DNA of 64,000 nucleotides, from assembly GCF_030144855.1 (NCBI RefSeq), contig NC_082731.1, forward strand, positions 22,816,001 through 22,880,000. Direction: 5' to 3'. Numbering within the stretch: the first letter of the stretch is position 1; every line of letters begins with the position of its first letter. The position numbers and the translations under genes are program-made. The notes beneath the pieces were generated by a model. That model worked only from the letters and a program-made list of their open reading frames with translations, was not told the DNA's origin and did not search any database. This document shows, piece after piece, positions 62,305-64,000 of this stretch. This DNA comes from Hypanus sabinus. Lineage: Eukaryota.

Positions 62305-64000
62305 CCCTCGGAAGGGAGTCACTGACTATATTTACTCTGAAATTAAGCCATACGAACATCGGCGAGACCATGAGTGCGAGCAGCAACAGTTTCCTGCGCC
62401 GAAGGTACTGAGAAGGTTGGCACACCTACATTGAATTGCTCTTACTAGAAATGCAGCTTCCGGTCTACATCGCGGCTAAGAAGTGCTGATAGCTCTCACT
62501 TTCAGCGCTCCGCTGGCGAGTACAAGTGTTGAATGTGTATGTACGTCCCTGGCAGAATACAACGTCTCCAACAGCAAGCCTGCAAAAGTGCCGGTTTTCT
62601 AGTTACACACGAAAGCTCCGTTTAAAGCTCCATCTATGCAATGATCTACCGAGCTCTGTGTTTCGTTCTCTTCTTTTCTTCATTCTTTCTTGTTTTCATC
62701 GATTTAGCAAGACTGGTTCTTTCTACAATTCAGTCTTTATCAAAGCTGGTAGATTCTATCTCCATTATGTTGTTCATTTGCTGTGTTTATCGATATTCCT
62801 GGATTGACAATTAAAGCATGCTTATCATCATGATCATCTTGGGATAGTATGGGTCTGAACTGCTGCTACAATTCCAAAAATTTGTTTATTCGTTCATATC
62901 TGTGCCACCGCAGGAATTTCAACAAAGGTTGACCAAGACACTGTGAACTATACTTACAAACAGGAAACCGAAGAATGCATGTGTTCGGGGGCAAGTTTTA
63001 AAGAAAATGTGGGCATATCGCAGCTGATCAGTTGCTTAATTATCTACCTTCGAGTTGTAATCTTCATTGATATTTGTTTGTTATTTGCATTCGGGGCAAA
63101 TTGATCTCTGTCTCCATCATCTTTCCCGTCAATCGACGGTTGAGTTCCGGGTCACTGCTTGTGTTATATGCAAAGCTGAAAACGGATTTAATGCAGACGA
63201 AATCCAAGGAAAATAGAAAATGGTCCGAGAACGCAGTACTATTGGCAATCGATGGTGAGGATGAGCCTTAGGCTCCCTAGTTTATTGCTTAATTATCTTC
63301 GTGATCATGTCAGTTGTTGGGAGGGAAGCTGCCTGTCTTTGAGGTTTAATTCTAGGAGCTGATAGATGATTCTGTTCAGATTTATGACTCAGAAGTGCTA
63401 GCTTTCGTCAGCAGCCTAATGTCTGAGTAATTGTTATCCACATTTGCCAGGGATGAGTGTATGCAAATATGACACCATGAGTCGTAGTTCAGTTTCAAGA
63501 GTAGAGAACTGCGTTGGCTCCTGGCTGTACTGATGCTTGCACTATGTCTATTAATTCACGAAGGTTGACGACAGAGGAACTATAACTTGTTTACCTTGAT
63601 GCTACTGGTCTTCCTGTCATAGAAGTACCCTGAGATTCCACTCCGAAGTTAATTACGAGTCATCACATGCAGATCCCACACACGTTTGTCTGTGCATTTG
63701 CTGCATAATCGGCTGGGGATTTCATATTTACTATTTCTGCGACTTCCATTGGAGAAAAATCGTTACCTAAATAGAAGCCATATGCGAAGTAACTCGCTTG
63801 CAATCTATCACATGCAACCGGATCTCCCAAGGGAGTATGGGTCCCTCTCTCTTGAAGTTTTCGTCTTCACAAAGCACCTTGTGCAGCAGGGATGCCATCC
63901 TCAGCCATCTTTCGTCTTGTCCTCTGCAATCTTCCGACAAATACGACATCTACTCCAAGCAGAGTCCCTGAGAAAACATCACTTTCTCGTGTTCTGTAGA

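Noticed and set aside
1-64000. CRISPR arrays, rRNA/tRNA genes, bona fide D/J/C segments, prokaryotic operons
   Set aside because: No repeat-spacer array or recognisable RNA gene seen, and no convincing 12-RSS-flanked D or J or C exon noticed. The search was by eye and not exhaustive. Introns, LINEs and RSS show the DNA is vertebrate.

Overview
Vertebrate genomic DNA, probably a cartilaginous fish. That assignment is inferred from the CR1 flavour and the V-gene style and is not proven. The window appears to be part of a T-cell receptor alpha/delta V-segment array heavily inflated by retroelements. Most of it is a direct segmental duplication with about 35 kb offset (copy A 1-27234, copy B 34845-62304). 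Each copy carries one TRAV/TRDV-like V segment with a 23-bp-spacer RSS. The copy B segment (leader 55973-56018, V exon 56112-56418) has an intact frame and splice sites but lacks the conserved Trp41. The copy A paralog (23248-23697) is a pseudogene. Two more heavily decayed V-like relics lie between the copies (about 28.3 kb and 33.7-34.1 kb). The second ends in a J-like FGK stretch rather than a clear RSS. Both copies share a sushi/Tf1-type chromodomain Gypsy provirus (LTRs, AGAGA TSD, self-priming PBS), two other Gypsy relics and Rex1 and L2-like fragments. Large CR1 insertions are copy-specific. About 6 kb of shared sequence looks like decayed intronless coding DNA on the minus strand, and I cannot assign it to any family. 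All alignments and translations were done by eye, so TE boundaries are approximate unless a TSD or terminal motif is quoted.
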